64,000 nt of DNA, taken from positions 64,001-128,000 of the forward strand of contig CAWFAD010000011.1 in assembly GCA_963813815.1 (NCBI GenBank), in the 5' to 3' direction. Below, one piece after another: positions 47,910-56,256 of the stretch. The stretch's first letter is position 1; every line of letters starts with the position of its first letter. A program made the translations under genes and the position numbers. The stretch is from an uncultured bacterium (GTDB taxonomy: Bacteria; Krumholzibacteriota; Krumholzibacteriia; Krumholzibacteriales; Krumholzibacteriaceae). Below the pieces are notes generated by a model. The model saw only the letters and a list, made by a program, of their open reading frames with translations, was not told where the DNA came from and made no database searches.

Positions 47910-48846
47910 TTTCGAGGAAATGGATCTCTCCCGGGTCCGGACGAATTCCATTCGCGAGCGGGGGAGCGTCGTGACGATCCGCGATTTCGCCGATCCTTCC
48001 GCGGGCGTTCCGGCCCGCGCCCGGAGGACGGAGGAACCCGCGGAAGCGCTCGACGAGCGCGGGATACGCAACCTCGCGGAGGCGATGCGCGCGATCGCGG
48101 CCGATCGCGGCCGCGAGATCGTCTGGATGATGGGCGCACACCTCGTCAAGTGCGGGCTCTCGCGCTACGTCATCGAGCTCATGCGCGGCGGATTCATCAC
48201 GGCGGTCGCCATGAACGGGGCCGCCGCGATTCACGACTTCGAGATCAGTTTCTTCGGAGAGACTTCCGAGGACGTCGCGCGGAACCTCGGGCGTGGCATC
48301 TTCGGCTTCGCGCGAGAAACGGCGGACGGGTGTTTCGCCGCGGTGGAGAAGGGACGCCGGGAAGGGCGGGGGCTCGGCGAGTCGCTCGGACGATACCTTG
48401 TGGCGAACGATGCGCCGCACGGGGAGTACGGCATCCTCGCCGCGGCGAGCCGTCTCGGCATACCGGCGACGGTGCACGTCGCCATCGGCACCGATATCCT
48501 GCATCAGCACCGAGGATTCGACGGCGCGGCATGGGGCGAGCTCTCGGCGCGGGATTTCAGGATTCTCGCTTCGCGCGTCGAGCGCCTCGGACGCGCGGGG
48601 GGGGTGGCCGTGAACGTCGGTTCGGCCGTCATCTGCCCCGAGGTGTTTCTCAAGGCCTTGAGCGTGGCGCGCAACCTCGGAGCGCCGTTCGACCGGCTCG
48701 TGACGGCGAACATCGACATGACTCAGCATTACCGGCCCCGCATGAACGTGCTCGCGCGACCGTCCGGATTCGGCGGCGACGCGATCGCGATCACGGGGCG
48801 CCATGAAACCGTGATTCCGCTGCTCTATTCGCTCGTTGTCTCCTGA
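47899..48846 (+). CDS. Conserved hypothetical protein with deoxyhypusine-synthase-like fold (GSU2086-like)
   Basis: MMGAHLVKCG, MNGAAAIHDFE, GETSEDV, FG...ET, TVHVAIGTDI.H, GSAV..PEVFLKA, HYRP..NV..RP, GRHE; recognised by eye. Confidence 0.7.
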   Translation: MASDFEEMDLSRVRTNSIRERGSVVTIRDFADPSAGVPARARRTEEPAEALDERGIRNLAEAMRAIAADRGREIVWMMGAHLVKCGLSRYVIELMRGGFITAVAMNGAAAIHDFEISFFGETSEDVARNLGRGIFGFARETADGCFAAVEKGRREGRGLGESLGRYLVANDAPHGEYGILAAASRLGIPATVHVAIGTDILHQHRGFDGAAWGELSARDFRILASRVERLGRAGGVAVNVGSAVICPEVFLKALSVARNLGAPFDRLVTANIDMTQHYRPRMNVLARPSGFGGDAIAITGRHETVIPLLYSLVVS

Positions 48847-48891
48847 GCGCGCCGGGCGGGCGCGCCGGGCCTGCGGGAGATCCGCCCCGCC

Positions 48892-50214
48892 ATGCACACG
48901 ACACTCGATCGCCCCGGCGGGCGCCGTTCGGCGATGCTCCTCCTCGGGGCGGCCGTGCTCCTCGCGGCTGCGGCGCGGCTCGTCTTCTGTCTCGAAATAG
49001 TCGGGTTCCACGCGCCGCTTCGCGGGGACGAGATCGATTATCACGCGCTCGCTTCCTCCATCGCGGCGGGAGACGGATTCGCCGGCGCGGGGGGGGAAGC
49101 GACGGCGGCCCGGCCGCCTTTGTGGCCGCTCGTTCTCGCGGGGGTCTACCGCCTCGCAGGGCCGAGTCCCGAGGCGGGGAGGGCGCTCGCGATCATCATC
49201 GGAACGCTCGTGGTGCCGCTCGTGTACGCGGCGGCGAAGGGCGCCTTTCCGAAGCGTCCCGCCGTGCCGGCCGTCGCGGCGCTGCTCGCCGCGGTGAACC
49301 CGACGCTCATTTTCATGAGCTCGTACCTCCTCGCCGAGAATCTTTCGATCGTCCTCATGCTGCTCGCCGTGACGGTCGTATCGGCCGGTGTGAGCGGGGA
49401 GCGAGGACTGCGCTCGTATCTCGCGGCGGGAGCTCTTCTCGGGCTCGGAAGCCTCGCGCGTCCGCCGCTCTTTCCGGTCGCGCTCTTCATGGCGGCGTGG
49501 GCAGTGATTGCCGGCGCCGGGGTCTTCCGGCGGCGCCTCGCGAGGGCGGCGGTCCTCGGCGCGGGTCTCGCGGCGGCGCTCGCCCCGTGGGCGGTCCGAA
49601 ACGAGGCTCGTCTCGGCTCGCCCGTGCTCTTCACGACGCACGGAGGCATGACGTTCTATCAGGGGAACAACCCGTCCGTGCGGGACGAGCCCTCTTACCG
49701 TGGTGGAGTCGCGCCCCTCGAGGCGCTTCCCGGCTGGAAGGGCGTTCTGGCGAAGGAGGGAGAGGTCGAGCGCGACAGGGAAGCGTGGCGCCTCGCGAGG
49801 GAGTTCGTCGCCGGCAATCTCTCGAGCGTTCCGCGGATGGCGCTCTGGAAGTTCGTTCGTTTCTGGCGGTTCGGGGGGGACATGGGGCTCTCCGGCGTCC
49901 GGAGCGGGTGGTGGTGGGACAAAGGATCGCGGCTCGGCGCGCTGGCGAGCTCCCTCGACGTTTTTTTCCTCCATTCGATCGTCGTTATCCCGCTCTTCAT
50001 CGCCGGGCTCGCTTTTGCCCTTCGAGAGACGCGCCGGCTCGCGAACCTCCACGCGATCGTCATCGTTCACACGGCGACCGCGCTTTTCTTCTACGGATCG
50101 CTTCGTTCGCGCGCTCCCGTGGAGCCGGTGATAGCGATTTTCGCAGCGTACGCGATAGTGCGGCTCCTCGCGCTCGCCGCCCGGAGGCGGGTCGCCGGCG
50201 ATTTTGCCCGTTGA
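48892..50214 (+). CDS. GT-C fold ArnT-like glycosyltransferase
   Basis: GDEIDY, TAARPPLWP, LLAE, LARP, PWAVRN, FYQGNNP, RSRAP, multiple TMs. Confidence 0.85.
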   Translation: MHTTLDRPGGRRSAMLLLGAAVLLAAAARLVFCLEIVGFHAPLRGDEIDYHALASSIAAGDGFAGAGGEATAARPPLWPLVLAGVYRLAGPSPEAGRALAIIIGTLVVPLVYAAAKGAFPKRPAVPAVAALLAAVNPTLIFMSSYLLAENLSIVLMLLAVTVVSAGVSGERGLRSYLAAGALLGLGSLARPPLFPVALFMAAWAVIAGAGVFRRRLARAAVLGAGLAAALAPWAVRNEARLGSPVLFTTHGGMTFYQGNNPSVRDEPSYRGGVAPLEALPGWKGVLAKEGEVERDREAWRLAREFVAGNLSSVPRMALWKFVRFWRFGGDMGLSGVRSGWWWDKGSRLGALASSLDVFFLHSIVVIPLFIAGLAFALRETRRLANLHAIVIVHTATALFFYGSLRSRAPVEPVIAIFAAYAIVRLLALAARRRVAGDFAR

Positions 50215-50240
50215 CAAAAGCCCCTGATTTGTGCTAACAT
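50211..50240 (+). promoter_or_regulatory. Sigma70 promoter of the polysaccharide locus leader
   Basis: TTGACA-18 bp-TAACAT with TG extended -10. Confidence 0.7.
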
Positions 50241-50246
50241 TCGAGT

Positions 50247-50390
50247 TGCAATAGGAGGAACCATAAAGAGCGTTTGCTATAGGAATTCGCTTTGAAGCTT
50301 TTGTGAGGCACTCCGCCCGCTTTAAAGTGGCGTTTCTATGGCAAACGTTCTCTTTATACCCGGGCGGAGGACTCCGCCCGGGTTTTTCTT
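50247..50390 (+). ncRNA. Putative structured leader RNA/attenuator (or sRNA)
   Basis: A ~95-nt hairpin (50263-50357) with G-U pairs, followed by a terminator. The apical ACTCCGCCCG (50310-50319) duplicates the terminator loop and 3' arm (50371-50380). Confidence 0.6.
50358..50390 (+). terminator. Intrinsic terminator inside the 5' leader
   Basis: ACCCGGGCGGAG-GA-CTCCGCCCGGGT followed by TTTTCTT, ending just before the RBS (50394) of the next gene. Confidence 0.8.
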
Positions 50391-50406
50391 CGTGGAGGCG
50401 CGCATC

Positions 50407-51096
50407 ATGGCTGGGTCGCCGGAACTTCAGGGAGCGGTCTGCGAAAAAGAGCGGATTGCGAGCATCATACGGCTCAAGGCGGATAGGCAGGACAGGGTGT
50501 ATGCGTCCATGAAGCGCCTGACGGACATCATCGTCGCCACTTTTCTGCTCGTCCTCTTCCTGCCGATCATTCCTGTCGTTGCCATTCTGATACGCTTCGA
50601 TTCTCCGGGCCCCATCTTCTTCAAGCAGAGGAGAATCGGAAAGGACGGGAAAGCGTTCGATTTTTACAAGTTTCGGTCGATGGTCTCGGGCGCCGAGAAC
50701 GTCATCGACGCGCTTCGTCCCTTGAGCGGCGTCGACGGCCCCGTTTTCAAGATAAAGGAAGATCCGCGGGTCACGCGTGTGGGTAGATTCCTTCGCCGTT
50801 CCAGCCTCGACGAACTCCCGCAGCTCATCAACGTGCTTCGAGGCGAGATGAGCATCGTCGGCCCGCGTCCCAACCTTCCCTCCGAGGTGTCCCAATACCT
50901 TCCCTGGCAGCGCAAGCGCCTCGATGTCACGCCGGGCATCACCTGTTTCTGGCAGATCGCGGGCAGAAGCCACATTGGGTTCCAGGAATGGATGCGCCTC
51001 GATCTCGAGTATGTCCGCAAGAGAAGCTATGTTACGGACCTCAAGATCATGATGAAGACCGTCCCGGCGGTCATCGCCAGGAAGGGGGCCTACTAG
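50407..51096 (+). CDS. Priming sugar transferase (phosphoglycosyl transferase, WbaP/WcaJ C-terminal-like)
   Basis: KRLTDI, DSPGP, YKFRSM, DPRVTRVGRFLRRSSLDELPQLINVLRGEMSIVGPRP, PGIT. GGAGG RBS. Confidence 0.95.
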   Translation: MAGSPELQGAVCEKERIASIIRLKADRQDRVYASMKRLTDIIVATFLLVLFLPIIPVVAILIRFDSPGPIFFKQRRIGKDGKAFDFYKFRSMVSGAENVIDALRPLSGVDGPVFKIKEDPRVTRVGRFLRRSSLDELPQLINVLRGEMSIVGPRPNLPSEVSQYLPWQRKRLDVTPGITCFWQIAGRSHIGFQEWMRLDLEYVRKRSYVTDLKIMMKTVPAVIARKGAY

Positions 51097-51103
51097 GCTT
51101 CCG

Positions 51104-51120
51104 CGGCACGCATCTTGCAA
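51104..51120 (+). promoter_or_regulatory. Sigma54 -24/-12 promoter upstream of wza
   Basis: CGGCACGCATCTTGCAA (GG-N10-GC, near consensus). Confidence 0.65.
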
Positions 51121-51130
51121 TCGAGAAAAA

Positions 51131-51159
51131 TTGACATAGTGTGCGCATTTTCTTAAATT
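51131..51159 (+). promoter_or_regulatory. Sigma70 promoter upstream of wza
   Basis: TTGACA-17 bp-TAAATT. Confidence 0.6.
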
Positions 51160-51211
51160 CGCTTCAAGCGTATGTATTTGCATGGCGTTCTTACCGTTGA
51201 AAGGGTTCTCG

Positions 51212-52006
51212 ATGAGGCCGACGGGTCTTAGCCGCGCGGTGTATCTCGGCGTCGCGTGCGCGGTCTCCCTCTCGATCGCCGGATGCGGGGGAGGAAACAA
51301 GCTCATCGCGAGCCGGAACGGGCTCGTGGAGAGCGGCACGCTCGAGCTCGACAGCATTCCCGTCTCCCCCGCCGAAGGCGAGTACGTCATCGGGCAGGGA
51401 GACCGTGTCGACATTCGCTTCCCCTTCAACTCGGAGCTCGATGAGATCGGAGTGCCGGTGAGGCCGGACGGCAGGATCACGCTGTCGCTCATAGGCGACG
51501 TGGTCGCCGCGGGGATGACGCCCTCGGCGCTCGACTCCGTTATCACGAGCCGCTACGCCGAGTTCGTCGTCGATCCGAACGTCGCCGTCATCGTGAAGGA
51601 CTTCGCGGCGCAGGTCGTCTACGTGCTCGGCGAGGTGGGGACGGCGGGCGGATTCCCCTACGAGCGCGGAATGACGCTCCTCGGCGCGCTCGCGCTGGGC
51701 CGCGGTCCGACGCCGAAGGGGGCTTCGAACGGCGTGCTCATCATCCGGAAGATCGGCCCCGCGCACGTCATCGGCATACAGATCGATTACGGGGACGTCG
51801 CGGGCGGAAAGCGGTTCGATCTCAACGTGCCCCTGCAGGCGGGCGACATCGTGCTCGTTCCGAAATCGCGCATCGGCAAGACGCAGGACTTCGTCCTCAT
51901 GCTCCATGACATTCTCAGCAGGCCGTTAGACCTCTATCTCAAGGGTTGGAATGTGGCGAACGCGAAGATCATGTTCGATTACTACCAGCGGGTGGGACAG
52001 TTCTAA
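51212..52006 (+). CDS. wza: Polysaccharide export lipoprotein (Wza/OPX family)
   Basis: Lipobox IAG-C, YVIGQGD, VRPDGRITLSLIG, VYVLGEV, LQAGDIVLVP. Alternative start at 51182. Confidence 0.9.
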   Translation: MRPTGLSRAVYLGVACAVSLSIAGCGGGNKLIASRNGLVESGTLELDSIPVSPAEGEYVIGQGDRVDIRFPFNSELDEIGVPVRPDGRITLSLIGDVVAAGMTPSALDSVITSRYAEFVVDPNVAVIVKDFAAQVVYVLGEVGTAGGFPYERGMTLLGALALGRGPTPKGASNGVLIIRKIGPAHVIGIQIDYGDVAGGKRFDLNVPLQAGDIVLVPKSRIGKTQDFVLMLHDILSRPLDLYLKGWNVANAKIMFDYYQRVGQF

Positions 52007-53385
52007 TGGCGGGAATCGCAGAAGGCACCGGCGAGCTGCGGCGCGAATCGACCGTCAAGGATTTCCTCGAGGTCGTCTTCCGGCGCAAGTGGGTCATTCT
52101 GGGGATCGTCGCCGTGGCGGTCGTCGTCACGACGATCATGATGCTCCGCCAGCCCGCCATGTACGAGTCGTCGGCGAAGATTCTCGCGCGGCGGGGCGAG
52201 GCGCCCGGGGTCTACGATCCGAGCATACGCACGCTCACGTGGGAAGAGGAAATCTCCTCGCAGATCGAAATGATCAAATCGCAGGTCGTCACGAGCGCCG
52301 CCCAGAGCCTTCTGCCGCGGTTCCTGCCCGAGGGAAAGCGGACCTCGGAGACGATCATACTCGAGCGCGTGAACGCGGGGGTCGTCTCGACGTCGAACGT
52401 CATTTGGGTCACCTACAACTCCCGCAGCGCCGTGTTCTGCAAGGCGGCGGTCGACGCGGTCGTGACCGCGTACCAGGAATATTACGCGAGCATGCGGACG
52501 CCTCCCGTTATGGAGGACTTCTTCGCGCAGGAGATCGGGCGTCTTCAAGAGGAGCTCGAGTTCTGGAGAGCGCGCAAGGAAGACGTCCTGAAGAGCTGGG
52601 ACATCGTCGACATGGAAACCCAGCGCCGGAGCCTCATCGAGCGGCTCGCCGCGTACGAGGGGGATCTGAACGAGGCGATGCTCGACCGCACGCGGCTCGA
52701 AACGATCGTCGCGAATCTCGAGAGCCTGCGCTCGAGCACCTTCGAGTCTCTCGTAGCGGCCTCGACCGGTCTCACCGATTCGGCGATCGAGGGAACGGTC
52801 ATCGCGGATCTCCGCGTCAAGATCCATGCGCTGGCCCTGCAGGAATCGGAGCTCGCGGCCAAGCTCACCGATGAGAATCCCGAGCTCGTTCGGATCCGCG
52901 CCCAGATCAAAGACGCGCGCGCCATGCTCGCGAAGGAAGTGGACACGCAAGTCCTCATGGCCCGCATGCAGCTCGACGTGATCGAGAATCGCGAGGCGAT
53001 GATTCGGGGCATACTCGACGGTCTCGCCGCTCGAAAGGCCGCCTATCCGCAGAAGGAAGTGGAGTTCGAGAGGGTCGAGGTGACGCTCGCCAAGCTGCAG
53101 TCGACGTACGAGGACGTGGTCGACCAGCACATGGCTGCGAAGATCAAGGTCGCGAGCAATCCCGAGTGGACCGTGACCATTCTCAACGCTGCGAGCGAGG
53201 CGTATCGCAAGAAGACGCTCGATTACGTCCGCATGGCGCTCGGGCCGCTCTTCAGCCTCATCGTGGCGCTCGGTCTCGCCTTCTTCGTGGACAATCTCGA
53301 TCATTCGATCAAGAGTATCACGGAGGCCGAGGAGAGCCTGGGGCTTTCGGTGCTGGCCAATTTCCCCGAGACGAGCAGGAAATAA
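52006..53385 (+). CDS. Polysaccharide co-polymerase (Wzz/GumC; Wzc membrane part)
   Basis: FRRKWVIL TM, YESSAKIL, coiled coil with ENPEL, C-terminal TM, LDHSIKS...LGLSVLA. Confidence 0.9.
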   Translation: MAGIAEGTGELRRESTVKDFLEVVFRRKWVILGIVAVAVVVTTIMMLRQPAMYESSAKILARRGEAPGVYDPSIRTLTWEEEISSQIEMIKSQVVTSAAQSLLPRFLPEGKRTSETIILERVNAGVVSTSNVIWVTYNSRSAVFCKAAVDAVVTAYQEYYASMRTPPVMEDFFAQEIGRLQEELEFWRARKEDVLKSWDIVDMETQRRSLIERLAAYEGDLNEAMLDRTRLETIVANLESLRSSTFESLVAASTGLTDSAIEGTVIADLRVKIHALALQESELAAKLTDENPELVRIRAQIKDARAMLAKEVDTQVLMARMQLDVIENREAMIRGILDGLAARKAAYPQKEVEFERVEVTLAKLQSTYEDVVDQHMAAKIKVASNPEWTVTILNAASEAYRKKTLDYVRMALGPLFSLIVALGLAFFVDNLDHSIKSITEAEESLGLSVLANFPETSRK

Positions 53386-53391
53386 GATTCT

Positions 53392-54243
53392 ATGTACGAG
53401 GAATTCTTCGGGTTCAAAGAGCTACCGTTCAACGTGACGCCCGATCCTCATTTCCTGTACCGGAGCAGGAGTCACCGGGACGCGCTCGCGTACATCACGT
53501 ACGGCGTGTTCCAGCGCAAGGGATTCATCGCGGTGACGGGAGAGGTAGGGGTCGGCAAGACGACGGTCGTCAGCGCCTTCATGGATCTCTTCGAGCCCTC
53601 CCTCGAGGTCGCCTTTATTTTTTCGACGAAGTTCCCCTTCGATCAGCTCCTCTACCTCATCTGCAAGGATTTCGGGCTGCAGGCGGACGGGCTCAACAAG
53701 GCGCAGATGCTGCTCCTCCTGAACGAGTTCCTCATCGGGCAGAACGAAAATAACCGCAACGCCGTTCTCATCATAGACGAGGCGCACAACCTGAGCCCCG
53801 ACGTGCTCGAAGAGCTTCGGATGCTCTCGAACCTCGAGACGCGCGACCGCAAGCTTCTCCAGATCATGCTCGTCGGACAGCCCGAGCTCGAGATCGTGCT
53901 CAACATGAACGAGCTGAGGCAGCTTCGCCAGCGCATACCGGGCATCTGCCGCATTTCGGTCCTCGGCCGCGAAGACGTGGAGAACTACATCAGCTATCGT
54001 CTCGAGGTGGCGGGCGGGGGCCGGGGCCTCGTCCAGTTCACTTCCGATTCGTTCGACGAAATATTTCACTATTCGGGAGGCATTCCGCGGCTTATAAACA
54101 TACTGTGCGACCGCGTGCTGCTCGTCGCGTACGTGTCGAGCACGCGGGTCGTCGACGGCCGGATCGTGCGGGAGGGGATCAGGGATCTGGAATCGCCCGG
54201 GTTCGACGCCGGCAAGCGCCGCGTCGTGAAGCCGCGCGTCTAG
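53392..54243 (+). CDS. ExeA/GspA-family AAA ATPase
   Basis: MYEEFFGFKELPFNVTPDP, TGEVGVGKTT, IIDEAHNL, LVGQPEL, QLRQRI, GGIPRLINILCD. Confidence 0.92.
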   Translation: MYEEFFGFKELPFNVTPDPHFLYRSRSHRDALAYITYGVFQRKGFIAVTGEVGVGKTTVVSAFMDLFEPSLEVAFIFSTKFPFDQLLYLICKDFGLQADGLNKAQMLLLLNEFLIGQNENNRNAVLIIDEAHNLSPDVLEELRMLSNLETRDRKLLQIMLVGQPELEIVLNMNELRQLRQRIPGICRISVLGREDVENYISYRLEVAGGGRGLVQFTSDSFDEIFHYSGGIPRLINILCDRVLLVAYVSSTRVVDGRIVREGIRDLESPGFDAGKRRVVKPRV

Positions 54244-54271
54244 CGGCGCGGGGGCGAACGGAGAGCCGGAG

Positions 54272-55036
54272 ATGAGCAAGATATACGACGCGCTGCGGAA
54301 GGCGGAAAAGGGCCGCGATCGGCCGATCGAGCGCGGGCCCGACGAGCGGCCGCGCGTCACCGTCCGCCCGCTCGAGGAATCCCGCGTGCTCACCGGCATG
54401 AACGAGAGGTTCCGCCGGTCGCTCCTCAATCTCAAGAACGCGATCGATTCGGAGATGAAGACGAAGGCGTCCCGCGTCGTGCTCTTCACGAGCGCGGTCC
54501 GGGGGGAGGGCAAGACGACGATCGTCGCCTCTCTCGCCCGGATACTCTCGCTCCACGATTCGCAGAAGCTGCTGCTCGTCGACTGCGCGGTTCGCGATCC
54601 GAAGCTCCACGGCCTCTTCGGCATGAGGAACGAAAAGGGCGTCGTGGAGTATCTCTCGGGACGGGCATCCTTCGCCGACATCGTGCGGCCGGTCGACGAG
54701 GGGGCGCTCGATCTCGTGACGGCGGGCCTCTGCGAGGAAGTCGATGCTCTGCAGCCGCTTTTCAACTCGGAGGCCCTGAGCCTGTTCTTCAAGGAAGCGG
54801 CCTCGCGTTACGACTACGTGCTCGTCGATTCGTCGGCCGTGCTCGAGTCGCCGGAGACGCCGCTCATCGGCTCGCGCGTCGACGGCATCGTGCTCGTGGT
54901 TCACGCGGCCAAAACGCGGCGCGAGGTCATCAAGCGGGCCATGCTCATGGTGCAGAAGCTCGATGGAAGATTCATCGGCACCGTCCTCAATAGAAAACAG
55001 TACTATATCCCCGAGGGCATCTACCGACGGGTGTGA
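54272..55036 (+). CDS. BY-kinase (CpsD/CapB; Wzc cytoplasmic part)
   Basis: MSKIYDALRKAE, SAVRGEGKTT, LLVDCAVRDP, YDYVLVDS, VLN, C-terminal YY...Y. Confidence 0.9.
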   Translation: MSKIYDALRKAEKGRDRPIERGPDERPRVTVRPLEESRVLTGMNERFRRSLLNLKNAIDSEMKTKASRVVLFTSAVRGEGKTTIVASLARILSLHDSQKLLLVDCAVRDPKLHGLFGMRNEKGVVEYLSGRASFADIVRPVDEGALDLVTAGLCEEVDALQPLFNSEALSLFFKEAASRYDYVLVDSSAVLESPETPLIGSRVDGIVLVVHAAKTRREVIKRAMLMVQKLDGRFIGTVLNRKQYYIPEGIYRRV

Positions 55037-56253
55037 CACGCGCCGTGACTCGATCCCGCGAGTGGTGGCAGCATCGTTCCCCGGCATTCCTTGCCGCTTG
55101 TGCGCGTCTCATCGAGGAGCGCATCGGGCGCGGGAAGGCGCGGGCCGTCGTCATATGCGGCAGCTTCGCGACGGGAGACGAATCGATCGTTCTCGAGACG
55201 GAGCCGCCCATCCTGCTTTCCGACGTCGACACGGTGGTCGTCGTACCTTCCCTCGCCGATCTCCAACGCTGGGGTGCGCGGCGCGTCGAGCTCGGGGCGG
55301 CCTGCGAGGCCCTTCTGCCCGAGGTTCGTTTCGCCGGCCGCGTGGACGTTGGTTTCATGCTGGAGCGGGATCTCGGCGCCCTTCCCGCGCGCCCGGGCGT
55401 TCTCGACATGCGAAGCGCGGGGCGGGTGCTGGCGGGCGAGCCCCGGGTAATCGAGGCGGTTCCGGACTACCGGCCTTCGGACATTCAAGCGCGCGAGGCG
55501 GTGATACTCATCGAGAACCGCATCGTGTCCCTGCTCGGATGGGTGTCAGGAGGAGCGGGGAGCGGGGAGGAGGGGTGGTATCGCTTCCGCTATGAAATGG
55601 CGAAGGCGTATACGGACATGGCGGCCGCGGCCCTCTCGATCGCGGGCTCGTATCGCGCGGGATACGCCGCGCGCGCCGGAGAGGTCGCCGATGTCCCGCC
55701 CGAGGGGAGATCCGTGGTCGGACGGCTCATCGACGCCCCGCTCGGGCGGAGGATAGCGGCCTGGACCGATTTCAAGATCGCGCCGTCGCGCGGCTCGGCT
55801 CCTCCCGGTTCGGAAGGCGCGGACGCCGCTCTCTGGGAGGAGACGGCGAGCGATCTGGAGGGTTTCTGGCGGCGGACGGCCGCCTTCGCGTTCTCCGGCG
55901 CTCAGGGCCTCATTCGGGAGCCGCGGGACGAGGATCTCGTCGAAGCGGGGAGACGGGCCGCGGGAGCGCGCGACCGGTGGAGGAGCTGGCGGGGATACCT
56001 CCCCCGTCTCGGCGCGGCGCGGGCCGCCATGATCCTCGCGGGTCGCGGCGCGGGTCTCCTCGGCGCCTTCCCCGACGATCTGATTCGGGAGCACGGGGCG
56101 AGGCTTCTCGTTCACCGCGTGAGCCGCGGAGCGGCGGCGCCCGTAAAGAGGCCGGCCGGCGGATGGCCGTATCGATCGACCGAGTGGCCGGAAGCCGCCG
56201 AAGAGCTCTCGCGCGTCTGGCGCGAATTGGTGTTCGGACGGAAGGAAGCGTAG
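55033..56253 (+). CDS. Hypothetical protein with Pol-beta-type nucleotidyltransferase motif
   Basis: VICGSFATGDE...SDVDTVVV...VDV, followed by a helical region (YEMAKAY). GTGA overlap with the kinase. Confidence 0.6.
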   Translation: MTRAVTRSREWWQHRSPAFLAACARLIEERIGRGKARAVVICGSFATGDESIVLETEPPILLSDVDTVVVVPSLADLQRWGARRVELGAACEALLPEVRFAGRVDVGFMLERDLGALPARPGVLDMRSAGRVLAGEPRVIEAVPDYRPSDIQAREAVILIENRIVSLLGWVSGGAGSGEEGWYRFRYEMAKAYTDMAAAALSIAGSYRAGYAARAGEVADVPPEGRSVVGRLIDAPLGRRIAAWTDFKIAPSRGSAPPGSEGADAALWEETASDLEGFWRRTAAFAFSGAQGLIREPRDEDLVEAGRRAAGARDRWRSWRGYLPRLGAARAAMILAGRGAGLLGAFPDDLIREHGARLLVHRVSRGAAAPVKRPAGGWPYRSTEWPEAAEELSRVWRELVFGRKEA

Positions 56254-56256
56254 GCG

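Noticed and set aside
50247..50390. 6S RNA, SRP RNA or tRNA identity for the hairpin
   Set aside because: It is too short and lacks the large central bubble of 6S, has no SRP domain IV GGAA tetraloop motif, and forms no cloverleaf.
47836..51546. 1236-aa minus-strand ORF and many other long antisense or alternate-frame ORFs (e.g. 658-2085, 32655-35537, 22596-24770)
   Set aside because: They shadow well-supported genes, are Arg/Pro/Ala-rich and have no motifs. Stop-codon scarcity in high-GC coding DNA explains them.
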